A DNA stretch of 32,586 bases from Pirellulales bacterium (GTDB lineage: Bacteria > Planctomycetota > Planctomycetia > Pirellulales > UBA1268): assembly GCA_044370205.1 (NCBI GenBank), contig JBILVW010000003.1, positions 1-32,586 on the forward strand, in the 5' to 3' direction. The notes below the pieces were generated by a model. The model did no database searches, had not been told where the DNA came from, and saw only the letters and a list, made by a program, of their open reading frames with translations. A program made the translations under genes and the position numbers. Below are positions 17,686-26,957 of this stretch, piece after piece (position 1 is the stretch's first letter; each line of letters opens with the position of its first letter).

Positions 17686-19425
17686 TCAGGCGACCGCATG
17701 GGCCAGCCGGCGACGCAATTGGTCGCGCAGGTAGGCTTTCACCTCCCGCGCACCGTCCATCGCCAGCGCCTTCTCGGCGATCAGGCGGCATTCGGCGACC
17801 GAAACGCTTCGGCACACCTGCTTGACCTCCGGGATGGCGCTCGGCGGCACACTCAGCTGCCGCAGCCCCAGTCCCAGAAGCAGCTGCGTGTACATCACGC
17901 TGCCGCTCATCTGACCGCACACATTGGCCGGCACGCCGGCCTCGCGAGCCACGTCCAGCGAGCGGCGCAAGAGCCGCAGCACCGCCGGATCGCAGGCGTT
18001 GTACAGATCAGCCACGTCCTTGTTGCCCCGATCGACCGCCAGCGTGTACTGGATCAGGTCGTTGGTGCCGATCGAGACGAAGTCGACTTCCTTGATGAAG
18101 GTGTCGAGCATCATCGCGGCGGCCGGGGTCTCCACCATCATGCCCACCGGCATCTTGCGATTGAACGCGATGCCGTGCTCGGCGAGGTCTTCCATGACGT
18201 CGGCGAGCACCATCCGCGCCTGCCTGAGCTCGACGATCGTCGAGATCAGCGGAAACATCACCCGCACGTCTCCCAGGGCGCTGGCGCGGAGAATCGCCCG
18301 GAGCTGGGTGCGGAAAATCGGGAGCTGCCGCAGCGAGAGCCGGATGCTCCGCAGGCCGAGGCAGGGGTTTCGCTCTTCCTCGACGTTGAGCCCGGCGTGC
18401 AGCTTGTCGGCGCCGAGGTCGAGGGTGCGGATCACGACGGGCCGTCCCGCCATCGCCTGCACCACCTCGGCGTAGGCGGCGAAGTGGTCCTCCTCGGTCG
18501 GCTCGGTCTTCGAGGCGAGGTAGAGGAACTCGGTGCGGTAGAGGCCGATGCCGTCGCAGCCGCGGGCCAGGCAGTGCTCGGCCTCGCTCGGAAACTCGAT
18601 GTTGCCGGTGAGCTGGATCCGCACGCCGTCGGTCGTCTCGGCGGGGAGATCGCGGAGCTCCTCCCGCTGGGCGGCGGCCGTCTGGGCGGCCTCCAGCTCC
18701 TGTCGGTAGCGGGCGATCGTCTCCTCGTCGGGCTGGAGGATGACCAGCCCCTGATTGCCGTCGAGGATCACCGGCTCGCCGCCGGAGACGTCGGCGAGGA
18801 ACGGCCCCACGCCCACCACGGCCGGAATCTCGAGCCCCTCGGCCACGATCGCCGTGTGGCTGCCCGGGCCGCCGAGCTCCGTGGCGAAGCCCTTCACGAA
18901 CCGCCGGTCGAGGGTTGCCGTCTCGCTCGGCGTCAGGTTGTGGGCGAGCACGATCACCGGCTGCGAGATCGCGGCGAGCGTCTCCCGCCGCTGGCCGAGC
19001 AGGTTGCGGAGCAGGCTCTTCTCGATGTCGTAGATGTCGTGAGCCCGCTGCGAGATGTGGTTGTCGAGGCTCTGGAACACCTTGGCGTAGCGGCGGAGCG
19101 TGCGGCTCACCGCGTATTCCGGCCACCAGTTGCGGTCGCGGACGGCGCTCTGCAGCTCCCGCTGCAACTTCTCGTCGTGGAGCATCGCGAGGTGGGCCTC
19201 GAAGATGGCGGCATACTGCTCCCCCAGTTCGGCCCGGATGGCGTCGCGATTCCGCTCCACCTCCCGGGTCGTCTCACCGACCGCGTGGGCAAGCCTGGCC
19301 AGTTCGGTATCGACGGCACTGCGCTCGACGAACCGCCGGGGGATCCTGAATCCCTCGCTGTCGAGGACGAGCGCCTCACCGATCGTGACGCCGGGCGAAA
19401 CGGCGATGCCTTGAAGTTTCAGCAT
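17686..19425 (-). CDS. ptsI: PEP-protein phosphotransferase (PTS enzyme I)
   Basis: Phospho-His SHTAI, GIGLYRTEFLY, RTLDLGADK, SIGTNDLIQY, VCG; no N-terminal GAF domain. Confidence 0.96.
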   Translation of the reverse strand: MLKLQGIAVSPGVTIGEALVLDSEGFRIPRRFVERSAVDTELARLAHAVGETTREVERNRDAIRAELGEQYAAIFEAHLAMLHDEKLQRELQSAVRDRNWWPEYAVSRTLRRYAKVFQSLDNHISQRAHDIYDIEKSLLRNLLGQRRETLAAISQPVIVLAHNLTPSETATLDRRFVKGFATELGGPGSHTAIVAEGLEIPAVVGVGPFLADVSGGEPVILDGNQGLVILQPDEETIARYRQELEAAQTAAAQREELRDLPAETTDGVRIQLTGNIEFPSEAEHCLARGCDGIGLYRTEFLYLASKTEPTEEDHFAAYAEVVQAMAGRPVVIRTLDLGADKLHAGLNVEEERNPCLGLRSIRLSLRQLPIFRTQLRAILRASALGDVRVMFPLISTIVELRQARMVLADVMEDLAEHGIAFNRKMPVGMMVETPAAAMMLDTFIKEVDFVSIGTNDLIQYTLAVDRGNKDVADLYNACDPAVLRLLRRSLDVAREAGVPANVCGQMSGSVMYTQLLLGLGLRQLSVPPSAIPEVKQVCRSVSVAECRLIAEKALAMDGAREVKAYLRDQLRRRLAHAVA

Positions 19426-19456
19426 GGGGCGAGTCCCGCCCGCAAGCAGCCGTCGG

Positions 19457-19771
19457 TCAGGATGTCTGCTCGGGTCCGTGTTCGTTGAATCTGCGTTCAA
19501 AAAGGACGCCTATGGCCTCGAGCGCCTCCCGCGCATCCGGCCCCGTCGCCTCGACCACCAGCCGTGTGCCCGACTCGGCGGCGAGCGTGAGCACCTCGAG
19601 AATGCTCTTGCCGTCGACCCGCTGGGTGTCGGCCACCAGTTCGATCCGCGCCTGCCACCGGCGAGCCTCGCGGGCGAGCATGTCGGCCGGACGCGCGTGC
19701 AGACCCTGGCTGTTGGCCACGACCACCTCCCGCGTCAGCGTCTGCTCGCCCACCGTCTCCGGCCCGCTCAC
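19457..19771 (-). CDS. ptsH: HPr-family phosphocarrier
   Basis: C-terminal part of track ORF 19457..20425: GLHARPA (His15) and DGKSILEVLTL (Ser46). GTG at 19771 overlaps the EIIA stop (GTGA) with GGGAG RBS; alternative GTG at 19753. Confidence 0.92.
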   Translation of the reverse strand: MSGPETVGEQTLTREVVVANSQGLHARPADMLAREARRWQARIELVADTQRVDGKSILEVLTLAAESGTRLVVEATGPDAREALEAIGVLFERRFNEHGPEQTS

Positions 19772-20244
19772 GAGATCACTCCCTGGCTGTCGGCCTCCTC
19801 GAGCAGGTGCTGGATGTCCACCGGCCCCTTCGCCGATTTCAGGAGCTTGCAGAACGCCTCGTCGCGAAGCTGCCGCGAGATGCTCTCGAGAGCCCGCAAG
19901 TGGTCGCCGGGCCGGTCGGGGGGCGAGACGAGCAGGAAGAACAGCTGCACCGGTTCGCCGTCGAGGCTCTCGAACTCGATGCCGGAGGGGCTCACGGCCA
20001 CCGTGCCGACGAGCCGCGTGACGCTCGGGTGCTTGGTGTGGGGCACGGCCACACCACGGCCGATCCCGGTGCTGCCGAGATCTTCCCGCTTCATGATCGC
20101 CTTGACGATGCTCTCCTGGTCGGAGGCGGTGATTCGGTTGGCATCGACGAGGGCCTGCACCATCTCGCGAATCACGCCCTCCTTGGTGCCCGCATGGACA
20201 TGGGAGCGGATGGCGTCGGTCGCGACGAAATCTGAAAACTTCAT
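19768..20244 (-). CDS. PTS EIIA component (Ntr/Fru type)
   Basis: REDLGSTGIGRGVAVPH motif; FESLDGEPV; HLRAL. Confidence 0.93.
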   Translation of the reverse strand: MKFSDFVATDAIRSHVHAGTKEGVIREMVQALVDANRITASDQESIVKAIMKREDLGSTGIGRGVAVPHTKHPSVTRLVGTVAVSPSGIEFESLDGEPVQLFFLLVSPPDRPGDHLRALESISRQLRDEAFCKLLKSAKGPVDIQHLLEEADSQGVIS

Positions 20245-20300
20245 GCGTCTTGCTTGTCGGGGTGGATGGTGGGACGGGCAGGCGACTGCCGTCGCGGCGG

Positions 20301-20621
20301 CTAGCTGCGGCGGGTGTTCTGCACGTGCTTGTGGTCGCGGATCTTTTCCTTGTGCTTCCGCAGCTGCTGCTCCAGCTTCTGCACGGCGCCATCGACGCTG
20401 CGCCAGAGCTGGGCGGCATGCTCACGGGCGACCATCTCGTGGAAATGCTCCGCAGAGGCGATGATTTCCACGGCCGGCAGGGCCGAGTTCTCGAGATCGA
20501 CGGTCACATTGAGGGCCGTAAGCCGATCGAAGTAGCGCTTCAGCCGCGACACCTTGCTCGCGATTTTTGATTGCGACGCCGGGCTCAGATGCCCGTGCCG
20601 TGCGGAAACGTTGACCTGCAC
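20301..20621 (-). CDS. hpf: Ribosome hibernation promoting factor (short HPF/RaiA)
   Basis: MQVNVSARH...KVSRLKRYFDRL...SVDGAVQKLEQQLRKHKEK; adjacent to EIIA as in known hpf-ptsN clusters. Confidence 0.9.
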   Translation of the reverse strand: MQVNVSARHGHLSPASQSKIASKVSRLKRYFDRLTALNVTVDLENSALPAVEIIASAEHFHEMVAREHAAQLWRSVDGAVQKLEQQLRKHKEKIRDHKHVQNTRRS

Positions 20622-20782
20622 GCTGGAAAAACCTCAGAGGAGAATTGTGACACTTGAGTGTGTTGAAAACCTGTCGGCGGCCTTACTCAGGCGCCGACGC
20701 GTCGTTGACCGGAGCATATCACCGCCGTCCTTCGGCACACAAACCGTCCCCGCGCACGTGCCGCGGAACCGCCTTCGCGGCC

Positions 20783-23050
20783 TCACGGCGGTGCCGGAGC
20801 GGTCGCCCGCAGCCGCCCCTGCTCTACCACGTCGCGCCACCAGGCCACCCCTTCGCGGCGCTGCTCGGGTCGGCCATCGGGGCGATACCTCAGCCGATCG
20901 ACGGCCACGGGATTGGCCAGTTCCACGAGTCGCTGAAACGCATACCGCCGGACGACCAGATGCGGATCATCGAGCACCTCGACGAGCCACGCATCGGCGC
21001 CGGACGCGAGATCGGCGGGAGAGAAGCCGCGGGCCAGTCGCACGAGCGATTCGCCCGTGCCCGGCGGCCCCTGGTCGGCAAACGCCTTCGCCAGCCGCGC
21101 CGCCGCATTCGCACCCCGGGCCAGCGCCAGCGGCACCGTGAGCGATTCGAGCTTCGCCCACTGGCCCGCATACAGCTCCCGCCCGCGTTCCTCGGCCGAC
21201 AGCTGCCGCACCGTCTCGTCGTAGTCGCCGAGCAGGGCGAGCGTCGCGGCCGCCAGCACCCGCTGCTCGCCCCGCGGATCGGCCGCGAGCTCACGCAGCG
21301 CCGGCTGCACCGGTTTGTCGGCCGGCAATCGCGCCGCGAGAGCGACCGCCGCCTGTCGATCGGCGACATCGATCTGCTCATTGCCTGAAAGCCACGCCGG
21401 CGTCGTGCCGCCCGGCCGGAGCACGACCGCATCCGCCGCCGTGCTCGACCATTCGACCGACATGCCCGCGGGGATTCGGCCATCGGCCGCAAAGCCGGCG
21501 AGCGGATCGGCGACGGGCCCGCCATCCTCCGCCGTCTGCTCCCAGACAATGCCACCGGCCGACGCCAGCCGCGTTCGCCGCGCCGCGGCCGTGGTCGCCG
21601 GATCGTCGCCCGGCTCGCGGTCGAGCATCACCTCCACGCCGAGCGGCGCCTCGAGCCCGCCCGTCACGCGACCGCAGAGGCCGGCGGCGGTGACACCCAG
21701 CCGTGCTGCCGGATGCTCGGCCACGACGACGGCGCGACCGAACAGCAGCTCGAGCCGCGGCGTGCCATCGGGGTCGCGGAGCAGCGTGGCTCGCGTGGCC
21801 GGTGCGAGACGGATCCGCACACGATCGATCACGAGCTCCGGCTGACTGAACGGCGGCGACACGAGCTCCGCAGGCACGGGCACGATCGCCTCGGCCCGTC
21901 GTGCCTGCCACACGAGCGGCTGCTCCGCTGCCGGCGAATGGCCCACCAGCAGCACGAAGGGCCCAGCAACGACCGCGTCTGGCGAAGCCTGCAGCGCGAC
22001 GGGCGGCGCGGGTTCCGCGGGCTCGGCGGCAGGCGGCGCAGCGGGCGAGGCGATCGGTGACGGCGCCACGGCAGGCGCCGCGATTGCGAGTGCCTCACCC
22101 TGCGGCACACGCGCCGCAACGGCCGAGGGCGCGCTGGAAGCCGCAGTGGCAGGCGAAGGCGAAGGCTCGGCCGCAGGCGCGGGCGGACTCACCGGTGGAG
22201 GCGGCACTGGTGGCGGCTCCGCGGGTGCATTCGCCACCTCGCCTTTGTCCACTGGCTCGACCGCCGCGGCCACAACCGGCGGCGCTGCGACGGGCTCTGT
22301 CGTCGGCTCGGCCGCGGCCTCCGTGAGCGCATCGGCCTGCGGTGCAGTGGCCTCGCCCCCGCGAGCGGCCTCTGCCTGCGCCGGCGGCTTCGCCGCCACC
22401 TCGCGTCGGCCGCCACGCATCACCGACCAGCCGAGCACGCCCACCAGCGCGACGAGCAAGGCTGCGGCCGTCGCCGCGAGCGCCCAGCTGCGCGAAGACG
22501 TCCGCGACGTCGCTGCCGGGGTAGCCGGCGTTCCGCGTTCGGCAGCCGATGCGGTCATGAACACGGTGTCGTCGGCCGCGGCCAGCGCATCGCGGATGGC
22601 CCTCGCGTTGGCAGCCGCATCGGCCCGCATGTCCGCCGCCGCCTCACGACGCATCTCGGCTGCGACGACCCCTCGCAGCCGCTCGGCAGCCGCAGCGTCC
22701 ACCTCGCCGACCACCGCTCTGCCCGCAGTGATGTCGGCCAGCAGCCGATGACAGTCGGCCACCTCGGCCAGCTGCATGTCCGACTCGATGCACACCCTCT
22801 CGAACTCGGTCAGCCGCTCGGCGGCGAGCACGTTGTCGAGAAACTCGGCGGCGGAATTGGGATCGGCAGCCAGCCCCCGGCCGTCGGCCGGCGGCGCCCC
22901 CACCCCCGACCTCGCCACCACGTCGCGGATCCGCCCCGCGAGCGTCTGGGCGACCGCGCTGCCCGACACCTTCTCCGCCAGCTGCTGGGCGGAATCCGCG
23001 GGGAGCACACCGTCCATCCAGGCCAACAGGGTTCGCAGGGTCAGTCGCAT
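20783..23050 (-). CDS. Bitopic membrane hypothetical protein (MRLTLRTLLA family), Pro/Ala linker, C-terminal helical repeats
   Basis: AAGGAG RBS; N-terminal domain with Cys/His (FERVC...LAEVADCH), one TM helix, long PA-rich linker, HEAT-like C-terminus (LDDPHLVVRRYA). Confidence 0.8.
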   Translation of the reverse strand: MRLTLRTLLAWMDGVLPADSAQQLAEKVSGSAVAQTLAGRIRDVVARSGVGAPPADGRGLAADPNSAAEFLDNVLAAERLTEFERVCIESDMQLAEVADCHRLLADITAGRAVVGEVDAAAAERLRGVVAAEMRREAAADMRADAAANARAIRDALAAADDTVFMTASAAERGTPATPAATSRTSSRSWALAATAAALLVALVGVLGWSVMRGGRREVAAKPPAQAEAARGGEATAPQADALTEAAAEPTTEPVAAPPVVAAAVEPVDKGEVANAPAEPPPVPPPPVSPPAPAAEPSPSPATAASSAPSAVAARVPQGEALAIAAPAVAPSPIASPAAPPAAEPAEPAPPVALQASPDAVVAGPFVLLVGHSPAAEQPLVWQARRAEAIVPVPAELVSPPFSQPELVIDRVRIRLAPATRATLLRDPDGTPRLELLFGRAVVVAEHPAARLGVTAAGLCGRVTGGLEAPLGVEVMLDREPGDDPATTAAARRTRLASAGGIVWEQTAEDGGPVADPLAGFAADGRIPAGMSVEWSSTAADAVVLRPGGTTPAWLSGNEQIDVADRQAAVALAARLPADKPVQPALRELAADPRGEQRVLAAATLALLGDYDETVRQLSAEERGRELYAGQWAKLESLTVPLALARGANAAARLAKAFADQGPPGTGESLVRLARGFSPADLASGADAWLVEVLDDPHLVVRRYAFQRLVELANPVAVDRLRYRPDGRPEQRREGVAWWRDVVEQGRLRATAPAPP

Positions 23051-23250
23051 GTCGTGCTCCTTCTTCCATCAATAGGGGCGCGGAGGGCGGATTTTCGTGC
23101 AGCTATTTTTGCCCGAAAAAACGCCCTTTTTCCCCACCGATCCACCCACCGCCCGTCTGCGTAAAGATGGCAGTAGCCACGCGACCGCGGGATTGGGCTC
23201 TGCGAGCCGGCTGGCTAGGATTCATGATCCTTTCGTAGGGTTCCCGGACC

Positions 23251-23856
23251 ATGACGCCGACCCCCATGCTCCAGCCGTCGCAGTCCCACGATCACCGCCA
23301 GCGGCTCGTGCCTCCGGCGGCGTTGATTCTGCGCCGCGCGAGTGGCTATCTGGAACTCGGGGAGCTGCTGCTGGAGGGAGAGGCGGCGGCACCGCCGACC
23401 GCCTGCCGGCTGTTCGCCCGCTCGCTCGCCGAACTCAACCAGCTCGATGCGGCCGCTCGCAGGGAAGCGGCGGCCTCCTTGCTGGAGGGCGAGGCGCTGC
23501 GGGCCCTGGGCGAGTGGGAGGCCGCGATCGGGCCGCTCACCCGCGCCGCGGAGGCGACGCCCGGTCACGTCGAGGCCTGGCTGGGACTGGGCTGGTGCCA
23601 CAAGCGGCTGGGGGATCTCGATGCAGCGATTGACTCCCTGCGGCGGGGCCTCGCCGTATTCCCTGATCAGCCGATCCTGCACTACAACCTCGCCTGCTAC
23701 CATTCCCTGGCGGGCAGCGTGCCGGCGGCCATCGAGCAGCTCACCCGGGCCATTGCAATCGATGACCGGTTCCGCGACCTCACCGGCAACGAGCGGGACT
23801 TCGACGCGATTCGAAGCGACCCGCGGTTCGTGGCGGCCACCAGCGTCACTGTGTGA
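23251..23856 (+). CDS. Tetratricopeptide repeat protein
   Basis: GEALRALGEWEAAI, AWLGLGWCHKRLG, LHYNLACYHSL, DFDAIRSDPRF C-terminal motif. Confidence 0.88.
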   Translation: MTPTPMLQPSQSHDHRQRLVPPAALILRRASGYLELGELLLEGEAAAPPTACRLFARSLAELNQLDAAARREAAASLLEGEALRALGEWEAAIGPLTRAAEATPGHVEAWLGLGWCHKRLGDLDAAIDSLRRGLAVFPDQPILHYNLACYHSLAGSVPAAIEQLTRAIAIDDRFRDLTGNERDFDAIRSDPRFVAATSVTV

Positions 23857-23886
23857 AGCCCGTTCGTATCGCCGGGGCCGCCAGCT

Positions 23887-24720
23887 ATGACGAGTCCGGC
23901 GCTGCAAGACATCATCGCGCTCTTGGGCTGCCCGGCGGCCGGTAATCCGGCCCAGTACCTCTTCGAACGGGCGATCGAGGCGGCGGGGCTCGACGTGCGG
24001 TTCGTGACGGTGGACGTGGCCCCCGAGCGACTCGCCGAGGCGTTGGCCGGCATCTCGGCCATGGGGTTCAGAGGGTGCCTGCTCTCGGGACCGCTCCGCG
24101 AGGTGGCCCTGCCCCTCGTCGCCTCGGCAACGCCCACCGCCTCGTTTGCCGGTGGCGTCACGCTCCTCGAGCGGCAGGCGGATGCCCTCGTGGGCCACAT
24201 GACCGACGGCCGCGGCGTGGTCGAGGCGGTTCGCGGCCACATCGACCCGGCCGGCAGCCGCGTGGTGGTGCTCGGCGCCGGCTCCCGCGGCCGGGCCGTG
24301 GCGCTGGAACTCGCGCTGGCGGGGGCCGCGGGCATCCTGGTCGCCGATCCCGATCAGGCCCGGGCGATCGCACTGGCCGAGGCGCTCGGCGGCCTGTCGG
24401 CGGCGGTCGCCACGGCGGTCGACTGGCAACCGACGCTCGACCTTCCGACTGACATCGACATCCTCGTCGCCGCTGGCCCCGATGCGGGCGGGGCGGCATC
24501 TCACTCCATGACGGGGCTTCGCGGCGACCTGGTCGTCGCCGATCTCAGGCTCGCGACGACGCCCTCGGCCGTGGGTCGGCAGGCCGCCGAGGTCGGCGCC
24601 TGCCTCGTGGACGGGCTCGAGATCCACGTCGCCCGCACGGCGATCGATTTCCAGATGCTGCTTGGCGTCGAAACCGATCCCGACCTGCTCCGCGACGCCC
24701 TCGACGAATTTCTGTCGTAG
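23887..24720 (+). CDS. Shikimate dehydrogenase (AroE)-like protein with divergent active site
   Basis: SDH layout (LLGCP, MGFRG, GHMTDGRG, VLGAGSRG, VDGL); several canonical substrate or catalytic residues replaced. Confidence 0.75.
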   Translation: MTSPALQDIIALLGCPAAGNPAQYLFERAIEAAGLDVRFVTVDVAPERLAEALAGISAMGFRGCLLSGPLREVALPLVASATPTASFAGGVTLLERQADALVGHMTDGRGVVEAVRGHIDPAGSRVVVLGAGSRGRAVALELALAGAAGILVADPDQARAIALAEALGGLSAAVATAVDWQPTLDLPTDIDILVAAGPDAGGAASHSMTGLRGDLVVADLRLATTPSAVGRQAAEVGACLVDGLEIHVARTAIDFQMLLGVETDPDLLRDALDEFLS

Positions 24721-24738
24721 CGCGGTGTTTCCCGGTTT

Positions 24739-24768
24739 GTAAAATCTCCCAGGCGGAAGCCGGGGTGA
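24739..24768 (+). repeat. REP-like palindrome copy
   Basis: GTAAAATCTCCCAGGC-GGAA-GCCGGGGTGA, closely matching the 9155-9181 copy; lies between convergent genes. Confidence 0.5.
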
Positions 24769-24825
24769 ATCCGGGACGCTACGGATTGGACGCCGCATTC
24801 TCCCCCTGCTCGCGCATGGGGGCTT

Positions 24826-25842
24826 CTATCGCTTTTCGGCAGCGGCGGCCGATACGCGGTCGAGCTTTTTCTCGAGCGCCGTGGCGGCGGCCCGCACATC
24901 GCCCACCGCGTCGGCTGAGAGCGGCCCGAGCAGCTTCGCGACACTCTCGGGAGGCATCGCGCCGGCATCCACGAGCAGCCCCACGGCCTTCAAGGCATTG
25001 ACCACGATCAACGCCCGCCGGTACCGCTGCGACTGGGCGGCCTCGTCGCCCGGCTCCGCGGCCGCATCGGGCAAGGCGAGCAGCTCGGCAAGGATCTCGT
25101 AGGCGACGGCCTTCCCCTGCCGGGCCAGGCCGATGGCGGCGTTGGACCGCACGTCGTCGGCCGGATCGGCCATCAGCTCTTCGAGCCGCGCGTCGGCGCC
25201 CGTACCTCCGATCACGCCGAGCGTGAACGCCGACGCCGACCGCAACCCAGCGTCGTCGCTCCGCGAGGCGGCGAGCAACGCGTCGGTCACGGCGGCTTGA
25301 TCAGGAAAGCCGGATGATGCACCGAGGTTCGTCGAAAGCACGGCGAGCGCCTCGACGGCTGCCCGCGCCGTCTGGGGATCGCCCGGATCACGCACCCGTT
25401 CGACGAGCGGAGCCGTCGCCTCGGGCACGGCAAACTCGCCGAGCGCCCGGCAGAGATAGCTGCAGAGCGTCCGCGACTGCTCGCCGGTGTGGCCACCCAA
25501 CTTGGGCCGGCCACTGGCCACCTCGTCGGCAAGAATGCCCGCCAGGTCGCTGGCGAGTTTCGTATCGGCCTTGAGCGTCGCGCCGGATGGCCCCCGGAGA
25601 TCGTTGGCGAGATTCAGGGCCGCCTGCCAGCGGCCTTCGTTGGCACGCCGCAGCGTGCGGACGTAGCCTTCGGGATCGTTGCCCAGCTGCGCCAGCCAGT
25701 GGAAGGCCAGCCACACCGACACGATGATGCCGACGATGATCGCCGGCACCAGGAAAAGCTGCACGAGAAAGGCCGCGCTCGGCGGCTCGACGGGCGGCAG
25801 CGAGTCGTCCTGCGTGATGGGGCGGCGGGCGGGTTCGGCCAT
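24826..25842 (-). CDS. Membrane-anchored HEAT-repeat protein
   Basis: N-terminal TM (FLVQLFLVPAIIVGIIVSVWLAF); repeats such as DAGLRSASAFTLG, DDVRSNAAIGLA, GDVRAAA. Confidence 0.85.
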   Translation of the reverse strand: MAEPARRPITQDDSLPPVEPPSAAFLVQLFLVPAIIVGIIVSVWLAFHWLAQLGNDPEGYVRTLRRANEGRWQAALNLANDLRGPSGATLKADTKLASDLAGILADEVASGRPKLGGHTGEQSRTLCSYLCRALGEFAVPEATAPLVERVRDPGDPQTARAAVEALAVLSTNLGASSGFPDQAAVTDALLAASRSDDAGLRSASAFTLGVIGGTGADARLEELMADPADDVRSNAAIGLARQGKAVAYEILAELLALPDAAAEPGDEAAQSQRYRRALIVVNALKAVGLLVDAGAMPPESVAKLLGPLSADAVGDVRAAATALEKKLDRVSAAAAEKR

Positions 25843-25927
25843 CGGATGGATCGTGGGAGAATGCGGATCTGACCCGGCACCGGGCCGGAACGCGAAATTC
25901 TAGCAGACACCGACCGATCGACACCTC

Positions 25928-26704
25928 ATGACAGCGACACGCCCGATTCCCCCGCTTTGGCTCGACGTCGAGCTCGACACGGTCGAGGAGAACCTCGCGC
26001 TCGACGAGGCCCTGCTCGAGGCGGCCCACGAGGGGTGCGTGGGCGAAACGATCGTCCGCACCTGGATGGCTGCCACGCCGACGGTCGTGCTTGGCTCATC
26101 GAGCCGCGTGGCGGCCGAGGTCGAGCCCGAGGCGTGCGCCGCAGCGGGCGCGCGGCTGGTCCGTCGGCCCAGCGGCGGGCTCACGGTGGTGCTCGGTCCG
26201 GGCTGCCTCATGTGGTCAGTGATCGTGCCGCACCCCGCCGGCAGTCCGGGCTTGGAGGCGATCCATACCGCGATGCTCGAACCGCTCGCGGAGGCCCTGC
26301 GAACCGCCGGCCGCGCGGTGCACCGCCGCGGTACGAGCGACCTCGCGGTCATGGAGCCGCAGGCGAGTGGTCAGGCGGCCGTCGAGAAAAAGGTGTCGGG
26401 CAACGCCCTGCGGGTGAAGCGGCATGCGGTGCTCTACCACGGCACGCTCCTCGACTCCTTCGATCTCGACCTGATCGGCCGCGTGCTCCGGCATCCTCCG
26501 CTGGAGCCGGCCTATCGCGCCGGCCGAACCCACGGCGACTTTCTGGCGAACCTCGGTCTGGGGCGGCCGCGGCTCGAGGCCGCCGTCCGCGCGGCCTTCG
26601 GTGCAGTCAGTGCCAGCACCGCGGCAGATGCCTGGCCCCGCGAGCGGGTGCGACAGCTCGTGGCCGAACGCTACGCCAGCGGCGAATGGACCCACCGCCT
26701 CTGA
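25928..26704 (+). CDS. Lipoate-protein ligase/octanoyltransferase family (LplA/LipM-like catalytic domain)
   Basis: NLALDEALL, VRRPSGG, KKVSGNA, HGTLL motifs. Confidence 0.9.
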   Translation: MTATRPIPPLWLDVELDTVEENLALDEALLEAAHEGCVGETIVRTWMAATPTVVLGSSSRVAAEVEPEACAAAGARLVRRPSGGLTVVLGPGCLMWSVIVPHPAGSPGLEAIHTAMLEPLAEALRTAGRAVHRRGTSDLAVMEPQASGQAAVEKKVSGNALRVKRHAVLYHGTLLDSFDLDLIGRVLRHPPLEPAYRAGRTHGDFLANLGLGRPRLEAAVRAAFGAVSASTAADAWPRERVRQLVAERYASGEWTHRL

Positions 26705-26828
26705 CGCCCCAGAACGGGCGCTGGTGGCAAGCTGGAGAAACCTTGCCGCCTCGGTCGTCCGGAGCGACGGCGAATGATGCGGTTATTTCGGGGTCGTGAT
26801 TCCGCCGATCCGACTTTCAGCAGCGAAG

Positions 26829-26950
26829 GGCTGGGCAGCAGATGGCCCCCGGGAGCTGCGGTGACGAACCTCATCTTTCGTCGTCCGCCGTTCCCGGCTA
26901 CCGTCCGCGGCCCGCTCGACAGGATGTCGGTCAGCCAGCAACAGGAGGTT
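26829..26950 (+). promoter_or_regulatory. Structured 5' leader with putative CsrA-binding GGA hairpin
   Basis: Long hairpin 26849-26897; CGACA-GGA-TGTCG at 26917-26929; second ACAGGAGGT over the RBS at 26941-26949. Confidence 0.45.
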
Positions 26951-26957
26951 GCCTTCC

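Noticed and set aside
15909-19488. Long plus-strand ORFs 15909..17825 and 17698..19488
   Set aside because: Antisense shadows of rne and ptsI.
19457-20425. 322-aa ORF read as an extended HPr fusion
   Set aside because: The N-terminal two-thirds overlaps EIIA and hpf in another frame; real HPr starts near 19771.
23215-24798. 527-aa minus-strand ORF
   Set aside because: Shadow of the TPR and AroE-like genes; Arg/Gly-rich with no recognisable domain.
9296-26704. Functional link between the E2-like acyltransferase and the lipoate ligase
   Set aside because: About 16 kb apart with unrelated genes between, and the acyltransferase has no lipoyl domain.
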